A stretch of 59,571 bases of DNA from Candidatus Tethybacter castellensis (GCA_036679665.1 JAZHEJ010000040.1:1-59571); one strand, 5' to 3'. Counted from the first letter of the stretch, positions 29,860 to 40,789 are shown. Numbers and translations: made by a program. Notes: generated from the sequence alone by a model not told the origin.

Positions 29860-31266
29860 ATGAAAAAAATCATGATTCTTGGCGCAGGAAGTATTGGCGG
29901 TAGCGTCGCTGAGCATCTTGCCCAGGAAAATGAAGTAACGCTTATCGACCGTAACGCCGAAGTTATTACCAACATGCGATCGCGCTTTGACGCGCGCTTT
30001 ATCATCGGCTCAATCGAATCTCCCCAGGTGCTGGAAAAAGCCGGTTGCGAAGAAGCCGACGTGGTGCTGGCGGTTACCGAGCACGACGTGACTAATTTGG
30101 CGGCTTGTTTTATTTGTAAGACCCTTTTTGATCCGGGTGACGCCTGCGCACGAATCGCGCGTATTCGCAACCGAGGACTTGCTGAACACAAAGAGTTACT
30201 TCAAGCTTTTGGAGTTACAGTCTCGTACGATCCTGAAGACAGTATCGCGGAAGCGATCGCTAGCGCGGTTGGTATGCCTGGAGTATCCAGGCTTGTACAT
30301 TACGCTTCCCGTCAGCTGGCAATCGCGGAAGTTAGGATTCGCGAACAAGATATCAGTTCACAAAACAAGCTCAGTGACTTCATTTCGCATAGCCGCGAAC
30401 TTGGTTATTACTTAGTGGCGATTCGCCGTGGCGATTTGACGTTGCCCGCAACCGAATCACTTCACCTGCAAGTTGATGACAGCGTGATATTGGCGGCCAA
30501 AGCCAAAAATATGGCCAAAACAATAATGCTACTTCGCAACGAACAACAACTTAGCACCAAGGTTTTCATAGCAGGAGGTGGTCAAATCGGTCGCGCGCTG
30601 GCGGCAAAACTTGAAGACGACTACGCGGTGACCTTGCTTGAACCGGATGCGGAACGTTGCAAGATACTAGCGCATGAGCTTGGCACCACTTTAGTCACCG
30701 CTGCTGATCCGACCGTCGAAGAAGTATTACGCAGCGAGGATGTGGAAAATGGCCATTTCTTCTGCGCGGTAAGCGAAAAAGACGAAGTCAACATCATGTC
30801 CGCTCTGATAGCCAAGAAACTCAACTGCAAGCATGCCGCAGTGTTGATTAACCGCCACGCCTATCAGGCGGTCTTGAGCGGCATCAAAATGGATATGGTC
30901 GTTTCTCCTTCTGAGGTGACAATCAGCATCTTGCTTCAGCGGCTTAGTTCACGTAGCTATTTTGATCCGATCGTCATTGACGAGCAAGTTACCAACTTAA
31001 CCATGTTTCCCGTGCAACGTTCCTCCAAAATCCAGGGACAAACCATGGCTCAGGTGAACTGGCCGGACAATACCTTACCTTGCGCTTTGTTGCGTGATGT
31101 GCCTGAAGACAAACCATCTTTGGTAAGTGAAGCTTTGCCGGCTGTGCAAATTTACTTTCCTGATTCTGAGGTGAGCATCGAGCCGGGAGACCGTTGCATC
31201 GTTTATGTCAAAGACGCCAATATAGACACTTTGACAGAGTTGGCTGATTTACCTTATTTCACTTAG
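29860..31266 (+). CDS. trkA: Trk potassium uptake system gating subunit
   Basis: Two RCK_N domains (ILGAGSIG; IAGGGQIG), DEVNIMSALIAK. Start ATG 29860. Confidence 0.88.
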   Translation: MKKIMILGAGSIGGSVAEHLAQENEVTLIDRNAEVITNMRSRFDARFIIGSIESPQVLEKAGCEEADVVLAVTEHDVTNLAACFICKTLFDPGDACARIARIRNRGLAEHKELLQAFGVTVSYDPEDSIAEAIASAVGMPGVSRLVHYASRQLAIAEVRIREQDISSQNKLSDFISHSRELGYYLVAIRRGDLTLPATESLHLQVDDSVILAAKAKNMAKTIMLLRNEQQLSTKVFIAGGGQIGRALAAKLEDDYAVTLLEPDAERCKILAHELGTTLVTAADPTVEEVLRSEDVENGHFFCAVSEKDEVNIMSALIAKKLNCKHAAVLINRHAYQAVLSGIKMDMVVSPSEVTISILLQRLSSRSYFDPIVIDEQVTNLTMFPVQRSSKIQGQTMAQVNWPDNTLPCALLRDVPEDKPSLVSEALPAVQIYFPDSEVSIEPGDRCIVYVKDANIDTLTELADLPYFT

Positions 31267-31282
31267 GCCACATACTGTTGCT

Positions 31283-32896
31283 ATGCATTCAGTTGCTGTT
31301 TTCATACGTTTTTTTAAAAGGAACCTTTGTATTCTTGAGCCGTTGGGCCGCATAATTTTTATGTTCGGGCTAATCATGCTTGTGCCGATTGGACTGGTGC
31401 TAAGCGATCAAGACCCGACCCAACTTTTGCTCGCATTCTTGCTACCTTCGATTGCTTGCATCGTGATCGGATTAACGATGCGTCATTACGGCAGAGAATT
31501 GGCTGACAAATTCAGGCTACGCCATGCCACCTTGTTGTTATTAATTATCTGGTGTGGTCTGCCTTTTATCGGCGCGTTCCCACTGCGCAGCTATGTTGAT
31601 CCAGCTAGCGTGCTGTCTGATTCGTATTTCGAGGCGGTGTCAGGAATCACCGCTTCAGGCGCGACCATAATGATAAATATTGACACGTTGCCAGATTCGA
31701 TCAAACTGTGGCGAGGTTTGCTAGCCTGGATGGGTGGGATGGGTTTGGTTGTGCTTGCCACCGCACTGTTGCCTAACTTGGTAATCGGCGTTAAACACTT
31801 GTTCAATACCGAGATATCAGGTCCGCAACAAGAGGCCGAGCTAACTCCTAGGATTGAAAAGACCGCCAAAGGACTGTGGACGCTATATATCATTTTGTCT
31901 TGCACCTGTGCTTTGGCCTACTGGATATCAGGTATGGACTGGCTCGATGCACTCGTTCATTCGTTCACCACGGTGAGCATGAGCGGGTTTAGCAACCATG
32001 ATACAAGCTTCGCTTATTTTGACTCGGTGGCGATCGAAATTATCGCGGTGTTATTTATGCTTTTGGCCGGATTGAATTTTGCCACCCACTTTTCTGCCAT
32101 ACGCCAGCTGTCGCGACGTAACAAAACCTTGATCAAGCGCGCCCATTCAATTCGAGCATCTCACTTTGGAACTTACCTGAAATTGATAACCACATCGGCC
32201 GGAATTTCTTCACTTTTTCAATCATTTAGCACGCCTTATCGACAGGATAATGAGCTTAGAAGCTACCTGACAGTATTGTTTATCGGTTGCGTAGCGGTGA
32301 TTTTTGCGTTGGGTCAAACAACTGATCTCAACTGGACACAACAGCTTCGCCACGGTATTTTCAATACCGTCTCAATAGCTACAACAACCGGATACTCGAA
32401 TACCGATTTTGGATCCCAATGGCCTTTATTTATCAGTTTTTTCATACTCTTGCTCGCCAATTTCACTTCCTGTAGCGGTTCAACCGGAGGCGGTATAAAG
32501 ATGATTAGGGCGCGCACCGCGCTGGGAATCCTTAGCCTTGAAGGAACACGCATTCTTCGTCCAAACGTATTTTTGCAAGTAAGAATTCGCAGGCAGGTTA
32601 TTGACAACAAGGTGGTCAGTTCAGTATTGTTGTTTCTGTTCGCCTATACCCTGACGATGTTAGTTCTCGGACTAACCTTGTTAGCTGTTCAGCCATCATT
32701 GGATTTTTTGACCGCCATATCCGCCGCTTTAGCTTGTCTTAGCAATACCGGCCCCGGGTTGGGCGAAGTCGGCTCCGGCACCACCTATACCAGTTTGAAT
32801 CCTGTCGCAACCACTGTATGCGCATTTGCCATGCTGTTAGGACGCTTGGAATTACTTTTGTTTTTAGTGCTATTTACCCGCGATTTATGGCGCTAA
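31283..32896 (+). CDS. trkH: Trk potassium uptake membrane protein
   Basis: FEAVSGITASGAT, WMGGMG, LTPRI..TAK.LW, GSTGGGIK, NTGPGLG, MLLGRLE. Confidence 0.92.
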   Translation: MHSVAVFIRFFKRNLCILEPLGRIIFMFGLIMLVPIGLVLSDQDPTQLLLAFLLPSIACIVIGLTMRHYGRELADKFRLRHATLLLLIIWCGLPFIGAFPLRSYVDPASVLSDSYFEAVSGITASGATIMINIDTLPDSIKLWRGLLAWMGGMGLVVLATALLPNLVIGVKHLFNTEISGPQQEAELTPRIEKTAKGLWTLYIILSCTCALAYWISGMDWLDALVHSFTTVSMSGFSNHDTSFAYFDSVAIEIIAVLFMLLAGLNFATHFSAIRQLSRRNKTLIKRAHSIRASHFGTYLKLITTSAGISSLFQSFSTPYRQDNELRSYLTVLFIGCVAVIFALGQTTDLNWTQQLRHGIFNTVSIATTTGYSNTDFGSQWPLFISFFILLLANFTSCSGSTGGGIKMIRARTALGILSLEGTRILRPNVFLQVRIRRQVIDNKVVSSVLLFLFAYTLTMLVLGLTLLAVQPSLDFLTAISAALACLSNTGPGLGEVGSGTTYTSLNPVATTVCAFAMLLGRLELLLFLVLFTRDLWR

Positions 32897-32990
32897 AATA
32901 TCAATAACGACACATATATATCATATTACTGAAACAGGTGGATTAAATGATATAATCGCTTACATAGCATTCTCATGAGGAAATGATATT

Positions 32991-34019
32991 ATGACAAAGA
33001 AATTAGGGATTATTTTTGCTTCAGTGCTCGCTTTTGCAGGAGTTGCGAACTCAGCGACACTTGACAACATCCAATCACGCGGTGAATTAATCTGTGGCGT
33101 AGACGGCGGGCTTCCTGGATTCTCCGCCCCTGACGACAACGGCAGGATGCGCGGCATTGATGCCGATATCTGTTACGGAGTTGCTGCCGCTTTATTTGGC
33201 GACGCATCTAAGGTGCGTTTTGTTAGTCTTTCTGCAAAGGAAAGATTTGAAGCGCTTGCTTCTGGCGAAATCGACGTATTGTCTCGCAACACCACTCACA
33301 CTCTGACTCGCGACGCTTCATTAGGCCTCAACTTTACTTACTACAATTTTATTGATGGTCAAGGTTTTATGGTCAGAAAGTCATTAGGGGTCAATGATGC
33401 TCTTGGGCTAGATGGAGCGCGAGTATGTGTGCAATCAGGCACAACCACCGAAGCTAACTTAGCGGATTTCTTCCGTACTAATAATATTAGCTACGAGCAA
33501 GTCGCCTATGATACTTCCGTTCAGACTAGGGAAGGATTTGAAAACAACTTCTGTGACGTGTTGACCTCCGATACATCTCAGCTCGCAGCTATTCGCAGTG
33601 AGTTAGCAAATCCATCTTCAGCGATTATTCTTCCAGGCGTAATTTCTAAAGAACCTCTAGGGCCTGTGGTTCGCCAAGGTGACGATGAATTTTTCAACCT
33701 GGTGAAATGGACTTTGTACGCTATGATCAACGCCGAAGAACTGGGAATTAGCTCCCGCAATGCCCGCGCAATGAGCAATGATGCCAGTGTGGCTCCTAAC
33801 ATTAAACGGTTGCTTGGTTCTGAAGGTCAAATGTGTAAGCTGGTAAGCGAATCTCTATCCGATGACTGCTTCTTGAATGTAATCGCGTTGGTCGGTAATT
33901 ACGATGAGATTTACGAAGCCAATGTTGGAGAAAATACTCCTATCGGACTTACCAGAGCTGGTTCACCCAATGATTTGTGGTCTCGCGGTGGCTTGCTTTA
34001 CGTCCCGCCTTTGCGTTAA
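32991..34019 (+). CDS. aapJ: General L-amino acid ABC transporter substrate-binding protein
   Basis: RGELICGV, LASGEIDVLSRNTT, ISKEPLGPVVRQGDD, VGNYDEIY, GGLLY.PPLR. Confidence 0.93.
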   Translation: MTKKLGIIFASVLAFAGVANSATLDNIQSRGELICGVDGGLPGFSAPDDNGRMRGIDADICYGVAAALFGDASKVRFVSLSAKERFEALASGEIDVLSRNTTHTLTRDASLGLNFTYYNFIDGQGFMVRKSLGVNDALGLDGARVCVQSGTTTEANLADFFRTNNISYEQVAYDTSVQTREGFENNFCDVLTSDTSQLAAIRSELANPSSAIILPGVISKEPLGPVVRQGDDEFFNLVKWTLYAMINAEELGISSRNARAMSNDASVAPNIKRLLGSEGQMCKLVSESLSDDCFLNVIALVGNYDEIYEANVGENTPIGLTRAGSPNDLWSRGGLLYVPPLR

Positions 34020-34093
34020 TTAGTAAATAGCAGTAACCTAGCCTTTTATTTTTTCCGTCACTCAACTTTGTTATAAGTGGCGGTGCACATAAT

Positions 34094-35284
34094 TTAGCCA
34101 AGAAAATACCTTGGTATCGCAATCCCAAAATTCGTGGGATTGTAGTACAGCTTGTTTTTGCCTCACTCACAGCATGGTTGCTGTGGACCATTTTCAATAA
34201 TGTCACCACCAAGCTTGTAGCGCGGGGCATTAAGACTGGCTTTTCTTTTCTTGAAGATGTAGCGCCTTTTTCCATACCGCTTAATTTTTCACCGTTTTGG
34301 GATTTTGAATTAGGCACGTCAGTTTATTGGGATGTCTTTGTTATCGGCATCCAAAATACCGCTATTGTCTCCGCATTGGGTATTCCCACTGCCTTATTAC
34401 TTGGTATATTAATTGGCATTCTGCGTTTATCGCCGAACTGGCTAATGAGGGCATTATCCAGTGTTTATATCGAAGTATTTCGTAACACCCCGTTGCTGTT
34501 GCAGTTGCTGATGTGGACTTTTGCGGTTTTCCCACCTCTTTTTAACCAGCTGCCAATTGCCAGCGAAAGTATTGTTATCGGATCCGGTATCGTATTGAAT
34601 AACGCCGGAATATACTTACCACTTCTCGTTTTTAGCAACACTTCATGGATATTGTTTGGCGCGTTTTCAATCGGTACTATTGTTCTTATTTATCGCATTA
34701 AACATTGGGCGCGTAAACGTCAGTTTAATACCGGACAAACCTTTCCGATGTTTACAGTTAGTTTACTTATTATCTTTGTTGCGCTGGTAGTGTTTTACTT
34801 CGTTGCACGAAGCAGTTTTATGATTGATTTACCCGTCAAAAGAGGATTGAATTACTCTGGCGGTATGCGCCCGCCATTCCAATTGATAATTTTGTGGCTA
34901 GGCCTTACTGTTTATACCGCAGCGTTTATAGCTGAGAATGTACGTGGCGGTATCGTTTCGGTCAATGCAGGACAAAGCGAAGCTGGCATGTCACTAGGTA
35001 TAAGTCGGATGATGCGTCTGCGTTTAATTATCCTACCCCAAGCATTACGGGTTATTATTCCCCCAACGATCAGCCAATTTTTGAATTTGATAAAAAATTC
35101 TTCTTTGGCTGTTGCGATCGGTTATCCGGATCTAACTAACATATGGGCAGGTATAGCCCTCAACCAAACTGGACAGTCAGTAATCATTATTGCAATGACC
35201 ATCGCCGTCTACGAAATATTGAGCTTGTCAATAGCGGCTCTTACCAACTGGTATAACGCCAAAACCCAGATTACTGAACGATGA
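34094..35284 (+). CDS. aapQ: General L-amino acid ABC transporter permease (start uncertain)
   Basis: YIEVFRNTPLLLQL, GQSEAG..LG, ALRVIIPP..SQFLNLIKNSSLA.AIGYPDL. The homologous N-terminus (WYRNPKIRGIVVQ) lies upstream of the first canonical start (TTG 34178). Confidence 0.88.
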   Translation, partial: LAKKIPWYRNPKIRGIVVQLVFASLTAWLLWTIFNNVTTKLVARGIKTGFSFLEDVAPFSIPLNFSPFWDFELGTSVYWDVFVIGIQNTAIVSALGIPTALLLGILIGILRLSPNWLMRALSSVYIEVFRNTPLLLQLLMWTFAVFPPLFNQLPIASESIVIGSGIVLNNAGIYLPLLVFSNTSWILFGAFSIGTIVLIYRIKHWARKRQFNTGQTFPMFTVSLLIIFVALVVFYFVARSSFMIDLPVKRGLNYSGGMRPPFQLIILWLGLTVYTAAFIAENVRGGIVSVNAGQSEAGMSLGISRMMRLRLIILPQALRVIIPPTISQFLNLIKNSSLAVAIGYPDLTNIWAGIALNQTGQSVIIIAMTIAVYEILSLSIAALTNWYNAKTQITER

Positions 35285-36411
35285 ATAGTTTTCTACGCAG
35301 CAAAACTTGGCGTTGGATGTATCGGAACTTATTTTCCAGCACGCTAAATACGAGTCTGACTTTCATTGCGGTTATATTTTTAGCGTACTATATACCCGCC
35401 CTTTTGCAGTGGGGAATTTTTGACGCTACCATAAGCGGAGACGACGCTTCAGTATGCAGACAAATTAATGAAAACGGCGATCTAGTAGATGGCCCCGGGG
35501 CTTGCTGGACATTTATCAAGGTCCGGATGCCGCAGTTTCTGTTCGGTCTTTGGTATACCAGTAATTCGGATGAAATATGGCGACCGGTGCTAGCTTTTCT
35601 TCTACTGGCGGGCCTGTTTGGATTTTTAGGAAGTGGGCGTGTAGATCACCGCCTACGCTGGAAAATAGCCATTGCTTCACTAATAGGTTATCCGTTGATC
35701 GCTTTCGCCTTACTCCACGGTTCCTGGCTGGGATTGCCTGTGGCTACAACTTCCGACTGGGGAGGGCTTACTCTTACCTTGGTACTGTCGGTCATTGGAA
35801 TTATTGTCGCACTACCTATTGGCATAGTCTTGGCGCTTGCGCGAAATTCGACTTTACCGGTATTTAAAACTATAGCGGTAATATGGATTGAATTATTTCG
35901 CGGTACTCCATTGATTACCATTTTGTTCATCGCTTCAGTGCTATTACCGCTGTTTTTTGCTGAGGGCGTAGATCTTGACAAGGTCTTACGCGCTATGGTT
36001 GCGATCACTATATTTCAATCTGCATACACTGCTGAGGCAATTCGCGGAGGCCTTGCCGCTATCCCTAAAGGTCAATTTGAGGCTGCGGAGGCCTTGGGAC
36101 TAGGCTATTGGCGCAAGATGATTTTTATTGTCTTGCCGCAATCGTTAAAAATATCCATTCCCGCAATCGTAAACTCTTTTATTGAGCTATACAAGGACAC
36201 CTCTTTAGTGCTTATCATTGGCTTGCTAGATTTACTTAATACGGTTAGCATTTCAGCGCGTTCACCTGAATGGAAAGGCTACGATGCCGAAGGATTTATA
36301 TTTGCGGCGGCCGTGTATTTCATTTTCTGCTACGGGATGTCCCGCTACAGTCAAAAGCTTGAGCAACGCTTTGACACTAACCTTGCCGGAAGACGTGCTC
36401 AGCAAGAATAG
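35281..36411 (+). CDS. aapM: General L-amino acid ABC transporter permease
   Basis: GACWTFI, WGGLTLTL, IELFRGTPLIT, AEAIRGGLAAIPKGQ.EAA. Confidence 0.92.
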   Translation: MNSFLRSKTWRWMYRNLFSSTLNTSLTFIAVIFLAYYIPALLQWGIFDATISGDDASVCRQINENGDLVDGPGACWTFIKVRMPQFLFGLWYTSNSDEIWRPVLAFLLLAGLFGFLGSGRVDHRLRWKIAIASLIGYPLIAFALLHGSWLGLPVATTSDWGGLTLTLVLSVIGIIVALPIGIVLALARNSTLPVFKTIAVIWIELFRGTPLITILFIASVLLPLFFAEGVDLDKVLRAMVAITIFQSAYTAEAIRGGLAAIPKGQFEAAEALGLGYWRKMIFIVLPQSLKISIPAIVNSFIELYKDTSLVLIIGLLDLLNTVSISARSPEWKGYDAEGFIFAAAVYFIFCYGMSRYSQKLEQRFDTNLAGRRAQQE

Positions 36412-36453
36412 CATAACAACCGATTAACCAACCAAAAACAGTACCTAACTATC

Positions 36454-37221
36454 ATGACAACAACTGAAAATAACGACAAAGCCCCGCTTATTGAAATCTC
36501 CAAGCTGAATAAATGGTATGGAGAACACCATGTGCTGCGCGATATTGATTTGGAAGTGATGCCTCAGGAAAAAATTGTCGTCTGCGGCCCTTCCGGATCA
36601 GGCAAATCCACATTAATCAGGTGTATCAACAGGCTTGAGGAACACCAGGGCGGCACAATCAAAGTTGTTGGTACCATGCTAACTGACGACTTGCGCAACA
36701 TCGACGAAGTGCGCCGAGAAGTCGGAATGGTTTTCCAACACTTCCACCTTTTCCCGCATCTTAGCATTCTTGAAAACCTTACATTGGCGCCGATATGGGT
36801 ACGCAAGCAAGCCGCCAAGGAAGCCGAAGATACTGCGATGGAATTTTTAAGCCGAGTCCATATACAGGATCATGCACACAAATTTCCCGGCCAATTGTCC
36901 GGTGGCCAGCAACAACGGGCCGCCATAGCCCGTGCTTTGTGTATGCAACCCAAGGTGCTTTTGTTTGACGAGCCCACTTCCGCACTAGACCCGGAAATGA
37001 TTTCAGAAGTTCTGGACGTGATGAAAGAGCTAGCGCAAGATGGGATGACCATGTGTGTGGTAACTCATGAAATGGGTTTTGCCCGTGAAGTAGCCGATTA
37101 CGTTGTTTTTATGGACGAGGGGCAAATTGTCGAAAGGAGTACTGGAGACATTGCAGGATTTTTTGAAAATCCCAAGCACGAGCGTACACAAAAATTCTTC
37201 GGGCAAATTTTGTCTCACTAA
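36454..37221 (+). CDS. aapP: General L-amino acid ABC transporter ATP-binding protein
   Basis: [39 protein letters not shown]. Confidence 0.94.
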   Translation: MTTTENNDKAPLIEISKLNKWYGEHHVLRDIDLEVMPQEKIVVCGPSGSGKSTLIRCINRLEEHQGGTIKVVGTMLTDDLRNIDEVRREVGMVFQHFHLFPHLSILENLTLAPIWVRKQAAKEAEDTAMEFLSRVHIQDHAHKFPGQLSGGQQQRAAIARALCMQPKVLLFDEPTSALDPEMISEVLDVMKELAQDGMTMCVVTHEMGFAREVADYVVFMDEGQIVERSTGDIAGFFENPKHERTQKFFGQILSH

Positions 37222-37317
37222 TTTTGCGGACATATCAAAGTACCACACTTTAATAGTTTTGCGAGGCTAGTTGCCTTGCCGAGGATTCAGTGTAGAATCG
37301 TAAAGATTTACTAGACC

Positions 37318-37455
37318 ATGGCTCATCTTACCTATCGCCCTTCTAATATCAAACGCAAGCGAAAGCATGGCTTTCGCAAAAGAATGCACACTAAAAATGG
37401 GCGAGCGATTATTAATGCACGGCGTCGCAAAGGACGGCGACACCTTACTGTCTAG
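37318..37455 (+). CDS. rpmH: 50S ribosomal protein L34 (45 aa; absent from the ORF track)
   Basis: Translated by hand: [45 protein letters not shown]. Confidence 0.97.
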   Translation: MAHLTYRPSNIKRKRKHGFRKRMHTKNGRAIINARRRKGRRHLTV

Positions 37456-37456
37456 A

Positions 37457-37792
37457 TTGCCGTCTCCTAAAGACTGGCACATAACTTCACAAGCCGATTT
37501 TGCCAAGGTATTTTCTACCCGGCAACGATCAAGAAGCCATTACCTTCATATCTACTGGCGTAATGACAGTCTGGAGCGACCACGCTTAGGGTTAGCCATA
37601 GCGATGCGATTAACCAAAACCGCTGTCCAACGTAATCGATTGCGACGTGGTCTGTATGAATATTTTCGTCAGAACTTAGGCAAATTGCCTGCTAACGACT
37701 TTGTTATCTCCTTGCGGCGCCCTTGCTATGATAAAGCCTGCGTCAGCCAAGTTATAGCCGAATTTAAATCTGAATTAAACAAGTTAGTATGA
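37457..37792 (+). CDS. rnpA: Ribonuclease P protein component
   Basis: RLGLAI..RLTKTAVQRNRLRR (RNR motif), DFVI. Real start probably TTG 37457; the ORF-track extension overlaps rpmH. Confidence 0.9.
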   Translation: MPSPKDWHITSQADFAKVFSTRQRSRSHYLHIYWRNDSLERPRLGLAIAMRLTKTAVQRNRLRRGLYEYFRQNLGKLPANDFVISLRRPCYDKACVSQVIAEFKSELNKLV

Positions 37793-39453
37793 ATCGCGAT
37801 ACCCTACGGCTGTTCGTAACCGCCGCATTTGCATTTTCTGCGATCCTTCTTTATCAGCGCTGGGTAGTTTTTTCCGCACCGGAAAATCAGCCTGTCGAGA
37901 CTCCGATCACCGAAATACCGGAGCCTACACAAGATATAGATGAATCCGACCCTGAGGTACCAATAGCTACGCAGTTGCTGCAAACAGAAGAATCTGAACT
38001 ACCGCTTGATTTGACTTTGGCCAACCAGGCTTCGGATTCTTTGCAAGATAGTCAGGTGGCGGCACTGATCAAAAATGATTCGCTTACCGTAGGCTTAGAT
38101 AAAAGCGGCGCGATCACGTTAGTCGAATTATTGCGCCACTCTGTAACTCTTGGTGGTGAGCCGCTTGCACTACTTATCAATAACGATAAGAGTAAGTACA
38201 TTGCTCAGACCGGGCTGATCGGTAGCGAACTGCCCAATCACCGCGATCCGGGTTGGCAACTAGCACCTCTTGATAAGAATAAACCAAACAGTGTAACTAC
38301 GATTTTTACGAACGATAACATCACAGTTGAGCGTAGCTTTGAACTTGCCGAGTCAGGCTATTTGGCCAATTACATCTATCGGATAACTAATAATTCAACG
38401 CAACCTTTGAGTGGACGTATTTACTTTCAGTATTTACGAGATAACGAACCGCCGATTGGCTATTCATCCCTGGTTCCTTCTTATTATGGAGCCGCTCTTT
38501 ATACTGAAGATAACAAATACTCTAAATATGCGTTTGATGATTTCGAAGGCTATCCTAGTAGCGGAACAGATGGTTGGATCGGGATAGTACAGCGCTATTT
38601 CCTTGCCGCATGGTTGGACGCTAAGGGGCAGCGGGAATACTACATGAACAATCTGGCCAACGGCGATGTCAGAGTAGGATTGTTACGATCATTTGGAAGT
38701 ATTGCCCCTGGTGATACTGTGGTCGTAGAGCAACCAATGTTCTTAGGAGCTCTAGAACAAAAATTGCTTGAACAAATTGCTCCTCAAGCCGGCCAAGGCA
38801 TTAGCCTCGCCGTCGACTATGGCATTCTCACTATCTTGTGTGCTCCGTTGTTTTCCCTACTTTCGTTTATCCATGGCCTAGTCGGTAATTGGGGTATTGC
38901 AATCATGCTGCTGACTTTGCTAATTAAGCTCGCTTTTTTTCCTTTATCTGCCAAATCCTATCGGTCAATGGCAAAAATGAAGGCATTATCTCCACAAATA
39001 CAGCGTTTGCGCGAACGAGCAGGTGAAGATCGCCAAGCAATGCAAAAAGAAATTATGGCATTGTATAAAAAGGAAAAAATAAATCCTTTTGGGGGATGTT
39101 TGCCAATTCTAGTCCAAATCCCTGTTTTCATAGCCCTATACTGGGTGTTGTTGGAATCGGTAGAGCTGCGCCAGGCTCCGTTAGGGTTTTGGTTGCAAGA
39201 TCTTTCTATTCCCGATCCTTATTATGTGTTACCTATCATTTTGTGTGTTGTAATGTTGGGTCAGTTCAAACTTAACCCTACGCCGCCTGACCCAACCCAA
39301 GCGATGGTAATGAAAATCATGCCCATCGGATTTGCGATTTTTGCGATTTTCTTTCCAGCGGGACTGGTAATTTACTGGATTGTCAACACAATTCTTTCTA
39401 TCGCTCAGCAATGGCAGATCACCCGTAGCATTGGCCAGACAGCAAATAAATAA
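37789..39453 (+). CDS. yidC: Membrane protein insertase
   Basis: GNWGIAIMLLTLLIK, SYRSMAKMK.L.P, NPFGGCLPILVQIPVFIALY, DPYYVLP. Confidence 0.96.
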   Translation: MNRDTLRLFVTAAFAFSAILLYQRWVVFSAPENQPVETPITEIPEPTQDIDESDPEVPIATQLLQTEESELPLDLTLANQASDSLQDSQVAALIKNDSLTVGLDKSGAITLVELLRHSVTLGGEPLALLINNDKSKYIAQTGLIGSELPNHRDPGWQLAPLDKNKPNSVTTIFTNDNITVERSFELAESGYLANYIYRITNNSTQPLSGRIYFQYLRDNEPPIGYSSLVPSYYGAALYTEDNKYSKYAFDDFEGYPSSGTDGWIGIVQRYFLAAWLDAKGQREYYMNNLANGDVRVGLLRSFGSIAPGDTVVVEQPMFLGALEQKLLEQIAPQAGQGISLAVDYGILTILCAPLFSLLSFIHGLVGNWGIAIMLLTLLIKLAFFPLSAKSYRSMAKMKALSPQIQRLRERAGEDRQAMQKEIMALYKKEKINPFGGCLPILVQIPVFIALYWVLLESVELRQAPLGFWLQDLSIPDPYYVLPIILCVVMLGQFKLNPTPPDPTQAMVMKIMPIGFAIFAIFFPAGLVIYWIVNTILSIAQQWQITRSIGQTANK

Positions 39454-40738
39454 TCAGGAGCTGATTGCTGCCATAGCGACTCCATCAGGTAGCGGCGGAA
39501 TCGGTATAGTGCGACTTTCCGGATGTGACATTGCCAGTTGCGAAAAACACCTTCTTGATCGCCCCGCGATTAGCGGTCACATTTGCAAGCGCGATTTTTT
39601 GGATTCAGCAGGTCAGACTATCGATACCGGCATCGCGTTACGCTTTACCACACCTAATTCATTTACCGGAGAAGATGTACTCGAACTACACGGCCATGGT
39701 GGTACCGCAGTCATACGAAGATTGTTACAACGTTGCGTGGAACTAGGCGCGCGCATCGCTGAGCCAGGCGAATTTTCAAAACGAGCATACATCAACGGTA
39801 AATTGGATCTAGCCCAAGCTGAAAGCGTGGCCGATCTGATCAACTCCACTACGGAACGCAGAGCAAAACTTGCAATCGCCAGTCTGCGCGGCGAGTTAAG
39901 TTCGCGCGCCAACGCGCTGGCTAATCAAATTCTTGATATTCGCGCGCATGTAGAAGCTGCGATCGATTTTAGCGATGAAGACATTAGCGTAAATTCCTTG
40001 CAAGAAATACGCGGCAAGATTAATCAAATGATTGAAAATCATCAAAATTTTCTTACGGAGTGCAAGAGCTCAATAGCCATTGGCAGTCGTGCTAATGTCA
40101 CGCTGATCGGAGCGCCAAACGTCGGTAAATCAAGCTTATTAAATGCGCTGTGTGTCGCACCGTTAGCGATAGTTGATGATAAACCTGGAACCACCCGCGA
40201 CGTGGTTACCGCCACTAGTCAGTTAGATGGTATGGAGGTTATATTCAACGATACCGCCGGCCTGCGGCAAAGCACCAACGTCGTCGAACGCGAAGGCATG
40301 CGTCGTGCCAACCTTGCGCGCGACGATGCGGATATTGTTATCCAAGTACATGATATTACCCAACCCGCAAAGCGTCTGCGAGCACAATTACATGTTTTTA
40401 ACAAAATAGATTTGTCCGGTCAAGCTCCCCATTCATCCAACGATGAAGTGTTCGTCTCAGCCATCACCGGTGCGGGTATTGATATTTTGCGCAGCCAAAT
40501 ATCTAGACTGTTAAATGGGACTGGCGAAGAGCCGACTTTTTTAGCCCGTGAGCGGCACGCACAGGCAATAGAAAATTCGCTTAAATCTTTGATTGCAGCC
40601 AGACGCGACGACGTTTATCTTGAAGAAATGGCAGAGCATTTGCGTATTGCTCACAATGAAATAAGCAAGATTACCGGCTCTAGTCATGTTGAAGATTTAC
40701 TTGGTGAGATTTTTGCTCAATTTTGTATCGGCAAATAA
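39431..40738 (+). CDS. mnmE: tRNA modification GTPase
   Basis: IAAIATP.G.GGIGIVRLSG, SFTGEDV.E.HGHGG, GAPNVGKSSL, GTTRD, DTAG, NKID, terminal FCIGK. Start uncertain. Confidence 0.96.
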   Translation: MARQQINNQELIAAIATPSGSGGIGIVRLSGCDIASCEKHLLDRPAISGHICKRDFLDSAGQTIDTGIALRFTTPNSFTGEDVLELHGHGGTAVIRRLLQRCVELGARIAEPGEFSKRAYINGKLDLAQAESVADLINSTTERRAKLAIASLRGELSSRANALANQILDIRAHVEAAIDFSDEDISVNSLQEIRGKINQMIENHQNFLTECKSSIAIGSRANVTLIGAPNVGKSSLLNALCVAPLAIVDDKPGTTRDVVTATSQLDGMEVIFNDTAGLRQSTNVVEREGMRRANLARDDADIVIQVHDITQPAKRLRAQLHVFNKIDLSGQAPHSSNDEVFVSAITGAGIDILRSQISRLLNGTGEEPTFLARERHAQAIENSLKSLIAARRDDVYLEEMAEHLRIAHNEISKITGSSHVEDLLGEIFAQFCIGK

Positions 40739-40789
40739 CCGGATGTGCTTGGATACTGATATCAACATAAAACAAAATAAAATAGTCAA

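Noticed and set aside
37367-37456. N-terminal extension of rnpA given by the ORF track
   Set aside because: It overlaps the genuine rpmH in another frame; TTG 37457 gives a normal-length RnpA.
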